Shown one piece after another: positions 26,499 through 39,578 of a stretch of 64,000 nucleotides of DNA (position 1 is the first letter of the stretch; each line of letters begins with the position of its first letter). Under the pieces are notes generated by a model. It was not told the origin of the DNA, searched no databases, and saw nothing but the letters and a program-made list of their open reading frames with translations. Where the stretch lies: the NCBI RefSeq assembly GCF_004010195.1, contig NC_057755.1, forward strand, positions 8,193,082-8,257,081. The letters run 5' to 3'. Position numbers and translations under genes: made by a program. Source of the stretch: Chiloscyllium plagiosum. Its lineage: Eukaryota.

Positions 26499-27620
26499 TG
26501 TGATGATGCTGTCATTTTGACAGGTTATTTTGACCTGATTTTTTTTTGAAAAGAGGTTGGAAGACAATTCTGCAGAACTGGATACTGAAGACGACATGTG
26601 TAAACAACCTGTGAGGCCTTGCGTATTTTGTAACAGCCTGAATAGATGTGGCTAGCTCTCACAGTTCCAGATTTCTGTGTTTTAGTCTTTTGAGTAATAT
26701 CAAGTTTTGTGTCTCGAAAGATTTGGAGCTTCAGTCTCTCTTGAGTGCTCGACTGTTTGAATTTTCTTTTGAAGTTGTTTCCCTCCTGGATTGGAGAACT
26801 TGTGTTAGAATTTGTGTCTTCTTGCTAAAGGACGTATATCTCGGAGATTGCTTTTTTGAAACAGTAAATTAGTAGTAGGTACCGTGCCTATTATTCCGTT
26901 AGGCTTTCAGAGAGTTAGGTTATTCTAAATTTATGTTTGTTTTCTTTGTATTTTAACTATCGTGTTTAAGTAAATTGTGTTTTATTTAACATCGAGGAGT
27001 TTGACCAGATGCATCTTATCTGCATCATGCACTTCAAAAATACCTGCAAAATAAGTAAAATGTTAGGGTAGATGCTATTTTTTTACAACAAATTAAGGGT
27101 GCTTAGTCTCGTCCATTACAAAGTGGGCACACGTTGGGATCAGATTCTGTAAAACTAAGTTGGGGTTCAGGATTATTTTCCTCAAATTCGCCCAGTGGAT
27201 GCTGTTACACTTTTCTGCCTCGTGTGTTCAATTAGATTGTTTTTAAAAGGGTGTACTTTGTGTCGCAAAGTGCTTTCGGTCACGAGGAGTTTCCTGATGT
27301 GGAAGAAGTGAGTTTGGGAGGTTTATAAAAATTAAGCAAAACAACGCTGTTGCAATTGGTAGGCCAACTGGAGTTGGGGTTGCCCCTGTCCATGTGAAAT
27401 GCAATGGCAATTGCAACAATAGCTCGAATTTAAATATGGCAGAGATGCCATTGTAAGCTTGGGGAATGGCTTACATTAAATTGTTAATGAAGCAGCTTGA
27501 ATTATAGAAAAAGGAAAAGGAAAAGATATCAGTTGCAGAACAAAATGAAAGAGAAAATGAAGTTAAGTAAGTTGAATTAGGAACAAAAGCAGACGGAAAA
27601 GCAAAGAGAGCAGAAGAGAG
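26499..27620 (+). mobile_element. Gypsy (Gmr1-like) 5' LTR, degenerate tRNA-Pro PBS and gag start, truncated by a CR1
   Basis: TGTGAT...ATTACA (26499-27120), then AAGTGGGCACACGTTGGGAT resembling the PBS TGGGGGCTCGTCCGGGAT, followed by an E/K-rich gag-like start. Confidence 0.6.
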
Positions 27621-30600
27621 CAGACGATGAGGAAGGCAGAGAGGAGACAGGTGCAAGAGACCCCGGGAAAAGTACCTGTCAGGAACAAGTTGAAACTTTT
27701 GGAAACAGTAGAGAGTAATGACACTGCCAGTTCGCAAGGCGGCCAGGTTTGTCAATCAAAGGTTGGCGCAGAGGCAGAGCGGAAGAGTCGGACATTGCAC
27801 AGAGCTGTGGTAATAGGGGACTCCATCGTGAGAGGAACTGACCGGGGTTTCTGTGGCAGCAGACGGGATTTAAGGATGGTGTGTTGCCTTCCTGGTGCCA
27901 GGGTGAAAGACATCGCGGACAGAGTGCAGGAAATCCGCAAGGACGAGGGTGAAGAGCCAGAGGTGGTGGTACATGTCGGCACAAAAGATGTCGGGAAGAA
28001 GAGGAGGAACATAAAACAGGGGGACTTCGGAGAACTAGGAAGAAGGCTGAAAAGCAGGACGTCTAAGCTGGTTATCTCCGGTTTGCTTCCAGTTCCTTGG
28101 GCTGGTGTGGCCAGAAACAGGGAGATAATGGACTTGAACGTGTGGTTGGGGAACTGGTGCAGGAAGCAAGGATTTAAGTTCTTGGATCACTGGAGTATAT
28201 TTTGTGGTAAGCATGAATTCTACAAGAGAGACGGTTTGCATCTTAATAGGTTAGGAACCAGCATTCTGGCAGGCAGGTTTTCTACTGCAACACCGCTACA
28301 TTTAAACTAAGTAGCGGTGTGGGGGGGCGGGGGGGGAGCGGACAAACTGGATGTTTAAAAAGGAAATGGAAGGGAAAGTTAGGACAAGAGAAGTCAAGAA
28401 AGACAACTGTATCAATGAGGCAGAAAACTCGGAATGGGATCATGCTGTAAGGTTGAGTGAAATAGGGGTTGATGGGAAAATACTATACATGAATGCACGA
28501 AGCATTAGACATAAGATGGATGAGCTTGAGGCTCTTTCGGAAATTGGCAGATACGATATTGTGGGGATAACTGAGATGTGGCTTCAAGTAGACAGGGCCT
28601 GGGAAATGAATATTCAAGGCTACACGTGCTATCATAAGGACAAACTGAAGGGCAGATGGGGTGGGATGGCCTTGTTGGTGAGGGAAATATTCAGTCCATT
28701 GCGCGGGGGGACCGAGAGTCAGGGGATGGAGAGTCAGTGTGGATAGAGCTGCGAAATACTAAGGGTAAAAAGACCGTCTTGGGAATCATCTACAGGCTCC
28801 CAAACAGTAGTCTGGATGTCGGATATAAGTTGAATCAGGAGCTGAAATTGGCCTGTCGCAAAGATATTACTACAGTTGTTATGGGGGATTTTAACATGCA
28901 GGTAGACTGGGAGAATCAGGATGGTATTGGACCTCAAGAAAGAGACTTTGTGGAGTGCCTCTGAGATGGATTCTTAGAGCAGCTGGTGCTGGAGCCGACC
29001 AGGGAGAAGGCAAATCTGGATCCGGTATTGTGTAACGAACCAGAATTGGTCAGAGACCTCGAAGTGAAGGAGCCATTGGGAAGTAGTGACCATAATACAT
29101 TAAGCTTCAATCGGCAATTTGAGAGGGAGAGGGTATAGTCGGAAGTGACAGTACTTCTGTTGAATAAATGGAACTATGGAGCTATGAGGGAGGAGCTGGC
29201 CAAAGTTCAATGGTGCAATACCTTAGCAGGGATGACCGTGGAGGAACAATGGCGGATATTTCTGTGTATAATGCAGAAGTTTCAGGATCAGTTCATTCCT
29301 AAAAGGAAGAAAGATCCCAGGGGGAGGCATGGGCGGTCGTGGCTGACGAGGGAAGTTAAAAAACAGAGAAAGTTAAAAGAGAAAAAGTATAACATAGCTA
29401 AGATAAGTGGGAAAACGGAGGACTGGGAAGCTTTTAAAGAGCAACAGAGGATTACTAAGAAGGAAATAAGCAGAGNNNNNNNNNNNNNNNNNNNNNNNNN
29501 NNNNNNNNNNNNNNNNNNNNNNNNNNNNNNNNNNNNNNNNNNNNNNNNNNNNNNNNNNNNNNNNNNNNNNNNNNNNNNNNNNNNNNNNNNNNNNNNNNNN
29601 NNNNNNNNNNNNNNNNNNNNNNNNNNNNNNNNNNNNNNNNNNNNNNNNNNNNNNNNNNNNNNNNGGCTTGGGAAATCGTGGATGCGTTGGTGATTATTTT
29701 CCAGAGTTCGATAGATTCGGGGTCGGTTCCTGAGGATTGGAGGGTGGCTAATGTTATACCACATTTTAAGAAAGGTGGGAGAGAGAAAGCAGGAAATTAT
29801 AGACAAGTTAGTCTGACCTCAGTGGTTGGAAAGATGTTAGAGTCTATTATAAAGGATGAAATTACGGCACATCTAGATAGTAGTAACAGGATAGGACAGA
29901 GTCAGCATGGATTTATGAAGGTGAAATCATGCTTGACTAATCTTCTTGAATTTTTTGAGGATGTAACTCTGAAGATGGACGAGGGAGATCCAGTAGATCT
30001 AGTGTACCGGGACTTTCAGAAAGCTTTTGATAAAGTCCCACACAGGAGGTGTGTGAGTAAAATTAGGGCGCCTGGTATTGGGGGCAAAGTACGAGATTGG
30101 ATTGAAAATTGATTGGCTGATAGGAAACAAAGGGTAGTGATAAACGGCTCCATTTCGGAATGGCAGGCAGTGACCAGTGGGGTACCGCAGGGATCCGTGC
30201 TGGGACCGCAGCTTTTTACAATATATGTTAACGATATAGAAGATCGTATCAGCAATAACATTAGCAAATTTGCTGATGATACAAAGCTGGCTGGCAGGGT
30301 GAAATGTGATGAGGATGTTAGGAGATTATAGGGTGACCTGGACAAGTTAGGTGAGTGGGCAAATGTATGGCAGATGCAGTTTAATGTGAATAAATATGTG
30401 GTTATCCACTTTGGTGGCAAGAACAGGAAGGCAGATTACTACCTCAATGGAATCAATTTAGGTAAAGGGGCAGTACAGAGAGATCTGGGTGTTCTTGTAC
30501 ACCAGTCAATGAAGGTAAGCATGCAGGTACAGCAGGTAGTGAAGAAGGCTAATAGCATGCTGGCCTTCATAACAAGAGGAATTGAGTATAGAAGCAAAGA

Positions 30601-31080
30601 GGTGCTTCTGCAGCTGTACAGGGCCCTGGTGAGACCACACCTGGAGTACTGTGAGCAGTTCTGGTCTCCAAATTTGAGGAAAGACATTCTGGCTATTGAG
30701 GGAGTGCAGCGTAGGTTCACGGGGTCAATTCCTGGAATGGCGAGATTATCTTACAATGAAAGACTGAAGCGACTGGGCTTGTATACCCTTGAGTTTAGAA
30801 GACTGAGGGGGATCTGATTGAGACGTATAAGAATTATGAAAGGATTGGACACTCTGGAGGCAGGAAACATGTTTCCGCTGATGGGTGAGTGCAGAACCAG
30901 AGGACACAGCTTAAAAATACAGGGTAGACCATTTAGGACAGAGCTCAGGAGAATATGGAGATAAGGCAGGAAGAGGATACTGATTAGGAATGATCTGCCA
31001 TGATCATATTGAATGGCTGTGCAGGCTCAAAGGGCTGAATGGCCTACTCCTGCACCAATTGTCTATTGTCTATTGTCTAA
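27620..31080 (+). mobile_element. Near full-length CR1 LINE (ORF1 SGNH esterase 27627-28310; disrupted ORF2 with APE and RT)
   Basis: ORF1 has VIGDSIVRG, CLPGARV, VHVGT.D and DGLHLN. ORF2 has YMNARS, MGDFN, SDH, GVPQGSVLGP and FADDTK. Tail of CTATTGT repeats at ~31060-31078. Confidence 0.92.
29476..29664. other. Assembly gap (N run) within the CR1
   Basis: 189 consecutive N. Confidence 1.
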
Positions 31081-31189
31081 TAATTATGTTTGCTAATTTA
31101 AAAGAAATCCAAGAGATATGGCTCAGCAATATATAAAAAGCAACTTCGCCCTACTTAATATTGTGAAATTACAAAAAACAAAATCAAGA

Positions 31190-31481
31190 TTTTGCGTGGC
31201 ACATTTCGCACTGCTGCCTAAAAGCGCCAGAGGCCCGGGTTGAATTCCCGCCTCGGGCAACTGTCTGTGTGGAGTTTGCACATTCTCCCCGTGTCTGCGT
31301 GGGTTTCCTCCCACAGTCCAAAGATGTGCAGGTTAGTTGAATTGGCTATGGTAAATTGCCCGTAGTGTTAGGTGAAGGGGGAAGTGTCGGTGTCAGGGTG
31401 GGTTGCTCTTCGGAGGGTCGGTGTGGACTTGTTGGGCCGAAGGGCCTTTTTCCACACTGTAAGTAATCGAATCTAATCTAA
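31190..31481 (+). mobile_element. HE1/V-SINE-type tRNA-derived SINE
   Basis: GGGTTGAATTCCC B-box, core GTGTGGAGTTTGCACATTCTCCCCGTGTCTGCGTGGGTTTCCTCC, and a tail of AATCT repeats. Confidence 0.85.
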
Positions 31482-31974
31482 TTCATATCATTTGTAATTC
31501 TCAAAAAAAAAACTGAGCTGATCATTGAAATCCTTAGACTCCCAGCGGGAGCAATTCTGGTAATGAGGTCTTGGTAAGGTCAGCTATGAAATTCCATTGC
31601 TTCTTTGCTTTTCTTGGAGCGAATTGTACCTCACGTGTGGTCTCAAACAAAACTCCTGCTTTCTCTGTTTCACTGTGTTTTAAGTTTTGTTGTTTTTGAT
31701 GTTTTCCTTAAAGTTCCAAAACTAAAGTAAAAACTTAGGAAAACAGTAATCATTGCTGCAAAATATTGAGGAAACCATGGAAAATACAACTGTTTGAAAG
31801 AACGATCCTGAGAAATTTCAGTGCATTTCACTTTATGTTCGACTGGTATTCCAGCCTATTAGGTGAAACAGTCTCTTTTTATCATATAAATTGCATGCGG
31901 TAACTCGGTTACTCTCAGATGCCTGCTGAAAGGTACTGGCTATTATTAGACACACAGAAGGAAACCAGGACGTA

Positions 31975-32780
31975 CAAGGTCTTGTTGACATGGTGCAAAA
32001 CTAACAACCTCTCTCTCAAGGTCAGAATCAAAAAGAACTGACGATTAACTTCAGATAGAAACGAGGAGAAGACGTCCCCAGCTACATCAATGGAGCGGAA
32101 GTTAAGAGGTTTGAGAACGTCACGTTTCTGGAGTAACCATAACTGACAACATTTCCTGGACTCCCCATGTAAATGTGACCATCAAGAAGGGACAATAACG
32201 CCTCTGCTTCCTCGAGCAACTCAGGAAATTTGAAATGTTTTCAACATCTTTTAAAGATGCATTACAGAAAGCATATTGTTTAAGTTTTCAACCGCCTGGT
32301 GGGGCAACTGCTCTACCCATTACCGTAAGAAACTACTGAAGGCTGTGTCCACGACAGAGACGATCATGCAAGCCAACTGCCCATCCACGGACTCTACTTA
32401 GATATCTCATTACCGCGTAAAAGTTCCCAAAATTATCAAAGACACATTCCACTTTGGTAATGGTGTCCTGCAAGTACTTCTGTCAGGCCGAAAAGTCAGA
32501 ACCTTGAATACATGCATCCACACGTTCAAGAACTACCTATTCCCTCCCGTTGTTAAAGTGCTGAACAGACCCGCTAACTTCAAGTAAATCTGATCTTATG
32601 AATGTTGATCTTGCCTAGCACACGGCCTTGTGAAGTAACCTGTATGCTTTACTCTGTCCAATTTTCTCTTTCATCTTATGATCCACATTTCATTGTGTAC
32701 TGTGATCTACCTATTGCTCTCAACCAAAACTTTTTACTGTACTTAGGTACTCGTGAACAAAAATGAAGTCAAATCAAATT
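31975..32780 (+). mobile_element. 5'-truncated Rex1/Babar-like LINE inserted inside V exon 1
   Basis: WCKTNNLSLKVRIK.ELTINFR..V..VTFL..KKGQ*RLCFL.QLRKF. AAATC-type tail at ~32770. V sequence resumes immediately after. Confidence 0.75.
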
Positions 32781-33289
32781 GGAAGGCTTATTCTGATACA
32801 GCAGGTGTTTGTATAAATTACGTATCCACGTCTTATCAGGCCAAAGAACCCAGCGAAGTACTGTTCACTTTGGAACCGAGAGGCATCTCTTCATCTCACA
32901 CGGCTGTCTCCTTGTGTGCATACATTAGCACACAGAGTTTGAGGAAGTATCTTTTCATTTTTAAAGAAATAACATGCACCACCTCAGGGACTTCCAGGAC
33001 TCATTTCTCACTGTCCGTTTGTTTATTTCAGTCTACTTTTTCACTCCCAGCACGTTGAGGGAACTCTCCAGTCAATCACAATTTCCTTTTGTTCCTGCAC
33101 CATGAACTGGAGCATCATTTCCCTCAGCATGCTTTTTCACTCACCTTTCATTCCCATTATGTATTCTACTTCCAGAATATTCTATCCCTATTTTACAGCA
33201 AAAGAAACAGATTCAAATCATATCAAGGAGATAGTCGAGAAGCTGTTTTCCTTAGTCGAAGGCAAGTGTACATCCCTGTATTCCTGATG

Positions 33290-36200
33290 TGACTGAATTG
33301 GTCAAACTTGAAGGCTTTAGGGAAAATACTTCGCTTCACTTACACCACAATTAAAATACAAACAATAAGGAAGAGTTAGAATAATTTTCACTCGGTTGAA
33401 ATTCTTAAGAAAATAATGTATTTTACGTACTACTTATTAACTGTTACAATATAACAGCATCCCATAAACACACACGTGGTAAAGACAAATTCAACAAACA
33501 GAGTTCCCTAACTTGTCATCTCCTCCACTCCAGGGGAAAGGAAAAACTCAAAGAATGTATGTAGAAGAAAATAGACATAGCTCAAGCTTTTTTTCAGCAG
33601 CAGAGAAAGAGGAAGCTGTGCCTAGCAGGTTCCTCTCAAACTCCAGCTTTAACAAATGAAAGCCAAACTAAAATTCTGTATCTGTGAAGCCTGACTCCTG
33701 TCACTCATACTTGGTTCTTTTACTTTAAAAATAACACGAAAATATTTACTCAGTTTTGCGTAAAGCGGACATGTCTACACCAGGTTTACAACAATTGTTT
33801 TCAATGGAACCGGGGCAGAAAAAAACGTTTTTAAATGCATATCTTGTCACACCACCTCCCACCAAGTAAAACTGAACCAAAAATGTACAAAGATGCCTTC
33901 ATTTTCAAAACCTTTAATTTTGTGTTATCGCGATACTATAAATATATACATTACATCAAACCTAAGCATGCAAAACCTCAATACATGTCCATGTAAATTC
34001 ATTCCTTCTGCCACTGCACACTTCAGTCTTCATTCATCAATATATTGACACTGTATCAGTGGTTATGTTTTCTCACCATGTCACATCAGCATTTTTCAAA
34101 TTGAAGGCTTGAACAATAACATAAACAACCTATTTTAAAACCCCTTTTTAAACGGTATTTGTTAAGGCCTTATCATCAGACATACAACAGTTTCGGATAC
34201 ACACTGGCAAAACAAATGCTGCAACAGTAACATCAAACGCTAAGTCTCTTTCTCAATAGTGGAATATTTCTGTCGATGAACATTCAACTTTCAGGACAAA
34301 TATCTAATAGGTCTTTTTACGCTCTCATTGACTTCTTGTTAGTGTACAGCACCAACAACCACACCACTCACATTGATAGCTATATTGTATAGCTTGTTCA
34401 TACTAGAGTGGTGGTCAACACTGTCAAATGCCTCCTGGCAATCCACTGTCTTTTGAAATTATGTGCACTTCCTCACCAGTTCAGTCAGTAGAGCAACCAC
34501 ACTGCTAACATTTAATTTTCAATTAGTCCCAGCAATTATAGTACTCTGCTTTTATCGATGAAAAACTCTCCGGTACGCTGTGCTTTCACGTCCTGTGGGG
34601 CCATCCATCCATGTCAAATGGTTTAGCCTAGGAACCTAAATTGCCCTTTTCAAATTCACTCATTGATCGAGTGAACCACGCATCTCACTATACCCGTCTC
34701 CCTAAGTCGGTTGAGGAATGCTGCTAGATGTTTTAAGTGGTCCTTCCAAGTCTGACTAAATATCGTCAGATAGTCTATGTAATCGACACAACTGGGTAAT
34801 CCTGAAATGACCTTACTGGTTAGTGTTTGAAAAGTGCCTGTTGCACTCTTCACAATAAATGGCATGACTACAACTTGGTAAATTATGTTCAGTGGTCTTT
34901 GAAATTTCATTTGTGTCCTCTGAATGCTCTGAGTAAGGCCAATTCAGTAATGTAAGTTGTTTGCCCTACATTCTCAGTACAGTCTTCCAAACATGCACGA
35001 GAACGCTTTAACTCCATTGACATTGCGACAGTCCACACATAATCGTTGGATATCACGTGGTTTTGTCACTTTACTGACTGACCTGTTGAAGAAATGAACA
35101 AAATTTCAATCGACAGTGGATTTGCAAGAGGCATTTTACAGCCTGAAACTTGCGTTGACCACTGCTCCAATGCTGACAACATGTAACTATTTTTAACAGA
35201 CAAATTGTAGTGATTGATGTGGGCGATGCGGGTATTGGCGCAGTACACTACTCTTTACATATGCTCCAATCGCTGCAATTCACTTCAATTATGTCGCCTC
35301 TGCACATGTGTTCACTCTCTTTTGAAACCGTGCAACCTTTAGTCGGTTAAACCTGTAAGAATGCAGCTTATTTGGAAAAGAATATCCTATACCTACTTCA
35401 TTCGTATTCAGTTTAGTCCCTCCCAGATTATTCCCACATTTCGCTCAACGCAATTTTAAAAACTCTTTCAGATCATTCTAATTTTCTTCTTGAAGATAAC
35501 AAAAAAATCATCATTGTTTAATTTATTTCGAGGAATGAGAATTATCTGAATGTTGTTCTTCACTTTGTGTTCTAAGCAGTAATACCTTCTCCTTTTGCCT
35601 TCACTATCAAAATACTATTTGAGCATCATCATATGGCAGATTCTGTGAATTTTCCTTCTATCTGCTGTTCTCGTTAAATAATTCAGCTCACTTAATTTCG
35701 CTTCGAATTGAAAACGCCCACTGAACCTTACCTTTAAAGGTTCACCTACCACTGGTCATATCGTTAACACTTTTTACCACTGGCAACGTTATGAATTTTC
35801 GATCGCTTGTCTACTTCCAGTTTCATGACATGCTGTGCTACTTTCAATGCGGGCTAGCCAACTCATCCACTCCATTTAAACACTTCACAAAATTTGGCCC
35901 ATAGTTCAAATATATAGTCTCTGAACTCAGACAGACGAATTTTCGTGAGTGAAACTCACTGGTCCTCTCATCTCATGTCCAAAGAATAGTTCAAATGGGA
36001 TGAAGTCAGTTGAATCACTAGGTAAATACATAATTGGAAATAAAAGTGCAGATGGGATTTCTTTACAGAGTCCATTGGTTGTAGTTGCCTATAGTCCCAC
36101 AGCATGGACTTACCGCTTTATGATACAATTTTAATTCTGCTTGTGATTCTTGATAATAAATTAATAAAAAACACAGAGACCCGTTGAGCCTAAAACACCA

Positions 36201-39200
36201 TTCAATATGGTTATGTGTGATCATGCAGTTTTAATATCCCATTTCTGCTTTCTCTCCATACACTTTATTCAATTTAGCCACAAGGCCCAGGTCTATCTCC
36301 TTCTTGAATACATCTCGAGAACTGGACCCAACAGCTCTCTGTGGCAGAGACTTCCATAGATTCACAACTCTCTGAGAGACGAAATCCTTCCTCATTTCGG
36401 TACAGAATGGTGTGCACCTTATTTGTAGACTTAAACCTGTATTTCTGGACCGTCCCAACACTGGGAACATTTTTTCACACATCTAACCTGTTCAGTCCCA
36501 TCAGAATTGTATATGTTTCTGTGAGATTTCCCCTCATTCTTCTAAATTCCAGCCAGTACAAATCCAGTCGATAGGACCTTTATTCAGATGTCAGTCCTGC
36601 CATCCCGAGAACCAGTCTGGTGAACCTTTGCTGGCCTCCCTCAATATTACAAATCTCCTTCCTCAGTCTGACAAGCCAAAGGCAGCACACAATACTCAAG
36701 GTTTTCTCTCAACAAGGAACTTTACTCAGCTCATTTTAATGGTTTTGTTCCTAGGCTATCCATAACTTGTTTGAATAATGTTGATGAAAAACATAACCCT
36801 TGATTTGTATTTTTTTCTTGTAGATAGTCCGTATCAAGTTAAAAAAAAGAGTAACTTTCTTTACAATTCTTTTAGTCATGAAATTGCGTTTTGGAATGAC
36901 CTCTGCACATACAGTAAATACACTCATTCTGGTCAACAAATGCTGATCCCACCTTTGCTTGCGGGTGGGATCATACACAATCATAAAATACACTTGTAAA
37001 CGCTTCTACAAATGCTGGTATGGGTATAAAGAGTACTGGTTTTTATCACTGCCTGAAGTTTTCCTGCTACCTTACATTTGTGATATGTGTTTGGCAAGAT
37101 TCAATCATGTCTTTATGCAGTCCAGGTCAATGAGGTGTGTTTATATCTTGGTTTGAGTTTTCCTTCATTCCAAATTAGTTTCTATTGGTAACTCATGTGC
37201 TACCCACAACCCCTCTTTTCTGTAGCTCACTGGTAATACACCTTTATGAACTTCTGCCAATTTTCCATCAGTCTGAATATTTAATGGTCTCTATTTTCTC
37301 ATCAACACTTCATTTGTAAGACTCTATCTTTCTGGAATGTACTCAGATTTGTCCTCTGTGACTGGATTTTGATACAACCACTTTATTTTTCACTTTTCTG
37401 TTGTAATTCAGCTGACGTCTTGGAATGAAGAACACCAACTTTTCCATTCATCTGTTCTTGTTTCTTTTCCCCCAACTATTTGATCAAACATCGAATCTGA
37501 TAATTAAAATTTAATTTCCTTATCCTTAATTCTTGATTTCTCCCCAGTTTTATCCTGTGCCTTTGTGAGTCTATTACTACCGAATCAGGAAGTGCCCTAG
37601 GATATACGTCCTGTAAAACCTCAGTTGCCTCCCTTTTCCACTGGCCTTTCAACCACAGTAGGCAACACTCCAATCTGTGATCCAGTTATAATAGTTTTGA
37701 GCATACATTGCATATCCACAACTGAAGATGTCTATCTTACGCCAACAACCACGTCATTAATGTCACTTGACTCTCCAACTTCATTTTATATAACTTCATA
37801 GTACTCTTCTCATCATGATTGCTACCTTTTCCTCATAAAACCGCCTCTGAATTGCATATCCCCTTGTCTCTCGCCATCAAAGATTAACTTACTTCCATAT
37901 GTTTTAACATCTTAAATTCTTTACCTGCTCCTTCTGGTACATATGAGTACACCTCACCCACGAAAGTAAATTATCTGAAGAGATCTGCTACTTTTTTCTA
38001 AATCAACCACTAACCAGGCTGTACATTCTTTTGCAGCTCTTTCGCTTCATTCTGTGCTTTCCTTTACCACGTTAACGAAATCCACCGGTTTATCCTGTTT
38101 TATCATGTAAATTTTTTCCAGGTTTTTTTTCAATCTTCCAGCATGGTAGGCTCATGTGGTTTACTTTATTGCAATTATAACACCTGAGGCTTTGATTTCA
38201 CGCCCCCTTATGATATTCCTTTCTTTTATCCTTACTATCTTTACTATCTTCAATGAGAACGTCTTTTCCATTATGTCATTAGGAGTTCTCTTTTTGTCAA
38301 TTTCTATCTCTCGCAGATTTAAATTGATGTCAGAAACCATACTTTGATTTTTGAACCGACTCATAATTGACCGCCATTTCAGCTCCTAATCTTGCTGCTT
38401 TAACTCTCTCCTTTTCCACATTGGCTTGCCTTACTTCAGGAAGTGGATTTTTCATTTTTTCATTTCAAGTCGAGCTTCACTTTTCAGTTCAATTTCCGAA
38501 GTTCAAAAGTTCATTCTTTCTCACTTTCTTCTCTCTCTTTATCACGTTCACCTTCTTTGTCTTTTTCTTCCGCTAGTGGTATTTATTTTTTCTTTTGCTT
38601 CTGTTTTGAATCGTAACTCAAACTGTTTAATTCATGTTCATGTTCAAGTCGTTTAATGAACTATATCCAATGATTCCCATTACATTTTTGGCAATGATAA
38701 ATGCTAAACTATTGCTGCAAATATCTCTCCTTTTCTCATGTTCCAGGAAACCACAAGTTCATCTTGTCTAGCAATTCTGAAAGCTTTGCCTTCCTCATCT
38801 GCTCTAAACACTCAAGTGGCGAGTTCTACACATAGTAAGTGCTTAGTCTCTTAAAGAGCCATTACAATGCAAGTCATATCCCATTTCAACCAACAGAATG
38901 CAAGACCTGAAATGAGAACATCAAGACTGACCACTGTCCGGTTCTGAGTCCACTAATGCGAAACCCAAACTGAATTTAAATATGTTGATCCTGGGCAAGC
39001 CGCCCAATTTTTTATAGGACAATTTAAACATCTTGATATGCTAGACGCTAACTTTTGTCTCATTCAAAGCAAATAAAGGAACTTGCGCGACATATGATTT
39101 ATTTAGACAAAAAGTTAAGCCTTACACAAAGTACACGTCATTCTTTCATGACAGTTTTTTTTAATCGGCATAACTTTAAGTGTATTAAAATACGTAACAA

Positions 39201-39578
39201 AATAATATACAATTGCTCATCAATATTGCAATATAGCAGCATCCCGTAAACACTTCTTTGACAAATGCAAATTCAGAAAAATAGATTTGCTTCACTTGTG
39301 ATCTACTGCAGTGCCGGAGAAATGAAATGAATGGAAGAAAGCATCGAGCAGCAGAAAGTAAACTGAAGCTTTCAGCTTACACAACTGAAAGGCAAATTAA
39401 AACCTGGGTCGGTGTGATCCTAACTACATCCAATTATGCTTCTATTGTCTACTTTAAAAAACAAAATGCTATTTACTCTGATTTCCACAGACAAAGCAAC
39501 TCTTCAACACGTTTACCACACTTGTTTTCAAGAGAAACATGACAGAACAGACCCTTCTTAAAGGCTCATCTCTTCACA
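33290..39578 (-). mobile_element. Decayed Gmr1-type Gypsy LTR retrotransposon (LTR-gag-PR-IN-RT-RH-LTR)
   Basis: 5' LTR ~39010-39578; PBS-like TGGGCGGCTTGCCCAGGAT 38988-39006; gag ~38000-38850; IN zinc finger PGLHKDMIESCQT ~37100 and C-terminal PFELFFGHEMRGP ~35960-36010; RT FQTLTSKVISGLPSCVDYID ~34700-35100; RH ~34100-34400; PPT 33852-33863; 3' LTR ~33290-33851. Confidence 0.8.
36170..36720 (-). mobile_element. CR1 3' fragment nested in the Gypsy integrase
   Basis: ORF 36231-36482 contains MRKDFVSQRVVNLWKSLPQ..FKKEID. Confidence 0.8.

Larger units (their letters stand above)
25443..32937 (+). pseudogene. TCR beta-like V pseudogene 1 (leader 25443-25491; V exon ~31846-31975 plus ~32781-32930; degenerate RSS heptamer CACAGAG 32931-32937)
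   Basis: Leader MPHKVYYLTWMFPLSP G|GT. V exon reads GIPAY*VKQSLFII*IACGNSVTLRCLLKGTGYY*..//..NYVSTSYQAKEPSEVLFTLEPRGISSSHTAVSLCAYIS. Acceptor AG lost, stop codons present, LINE inserted in the exon. Confidence 0.8.

Noticed and set aside
27627-28310. 227-aa SGNH/GDSL esterase ORF as a host or domesticated gene
   Set aside because: It lies directly upstream of CR1 ORF2 and is the standard CR1 ORF1 esterase. A homologue occurs in the CR1 at 49.3-50.3 kb.
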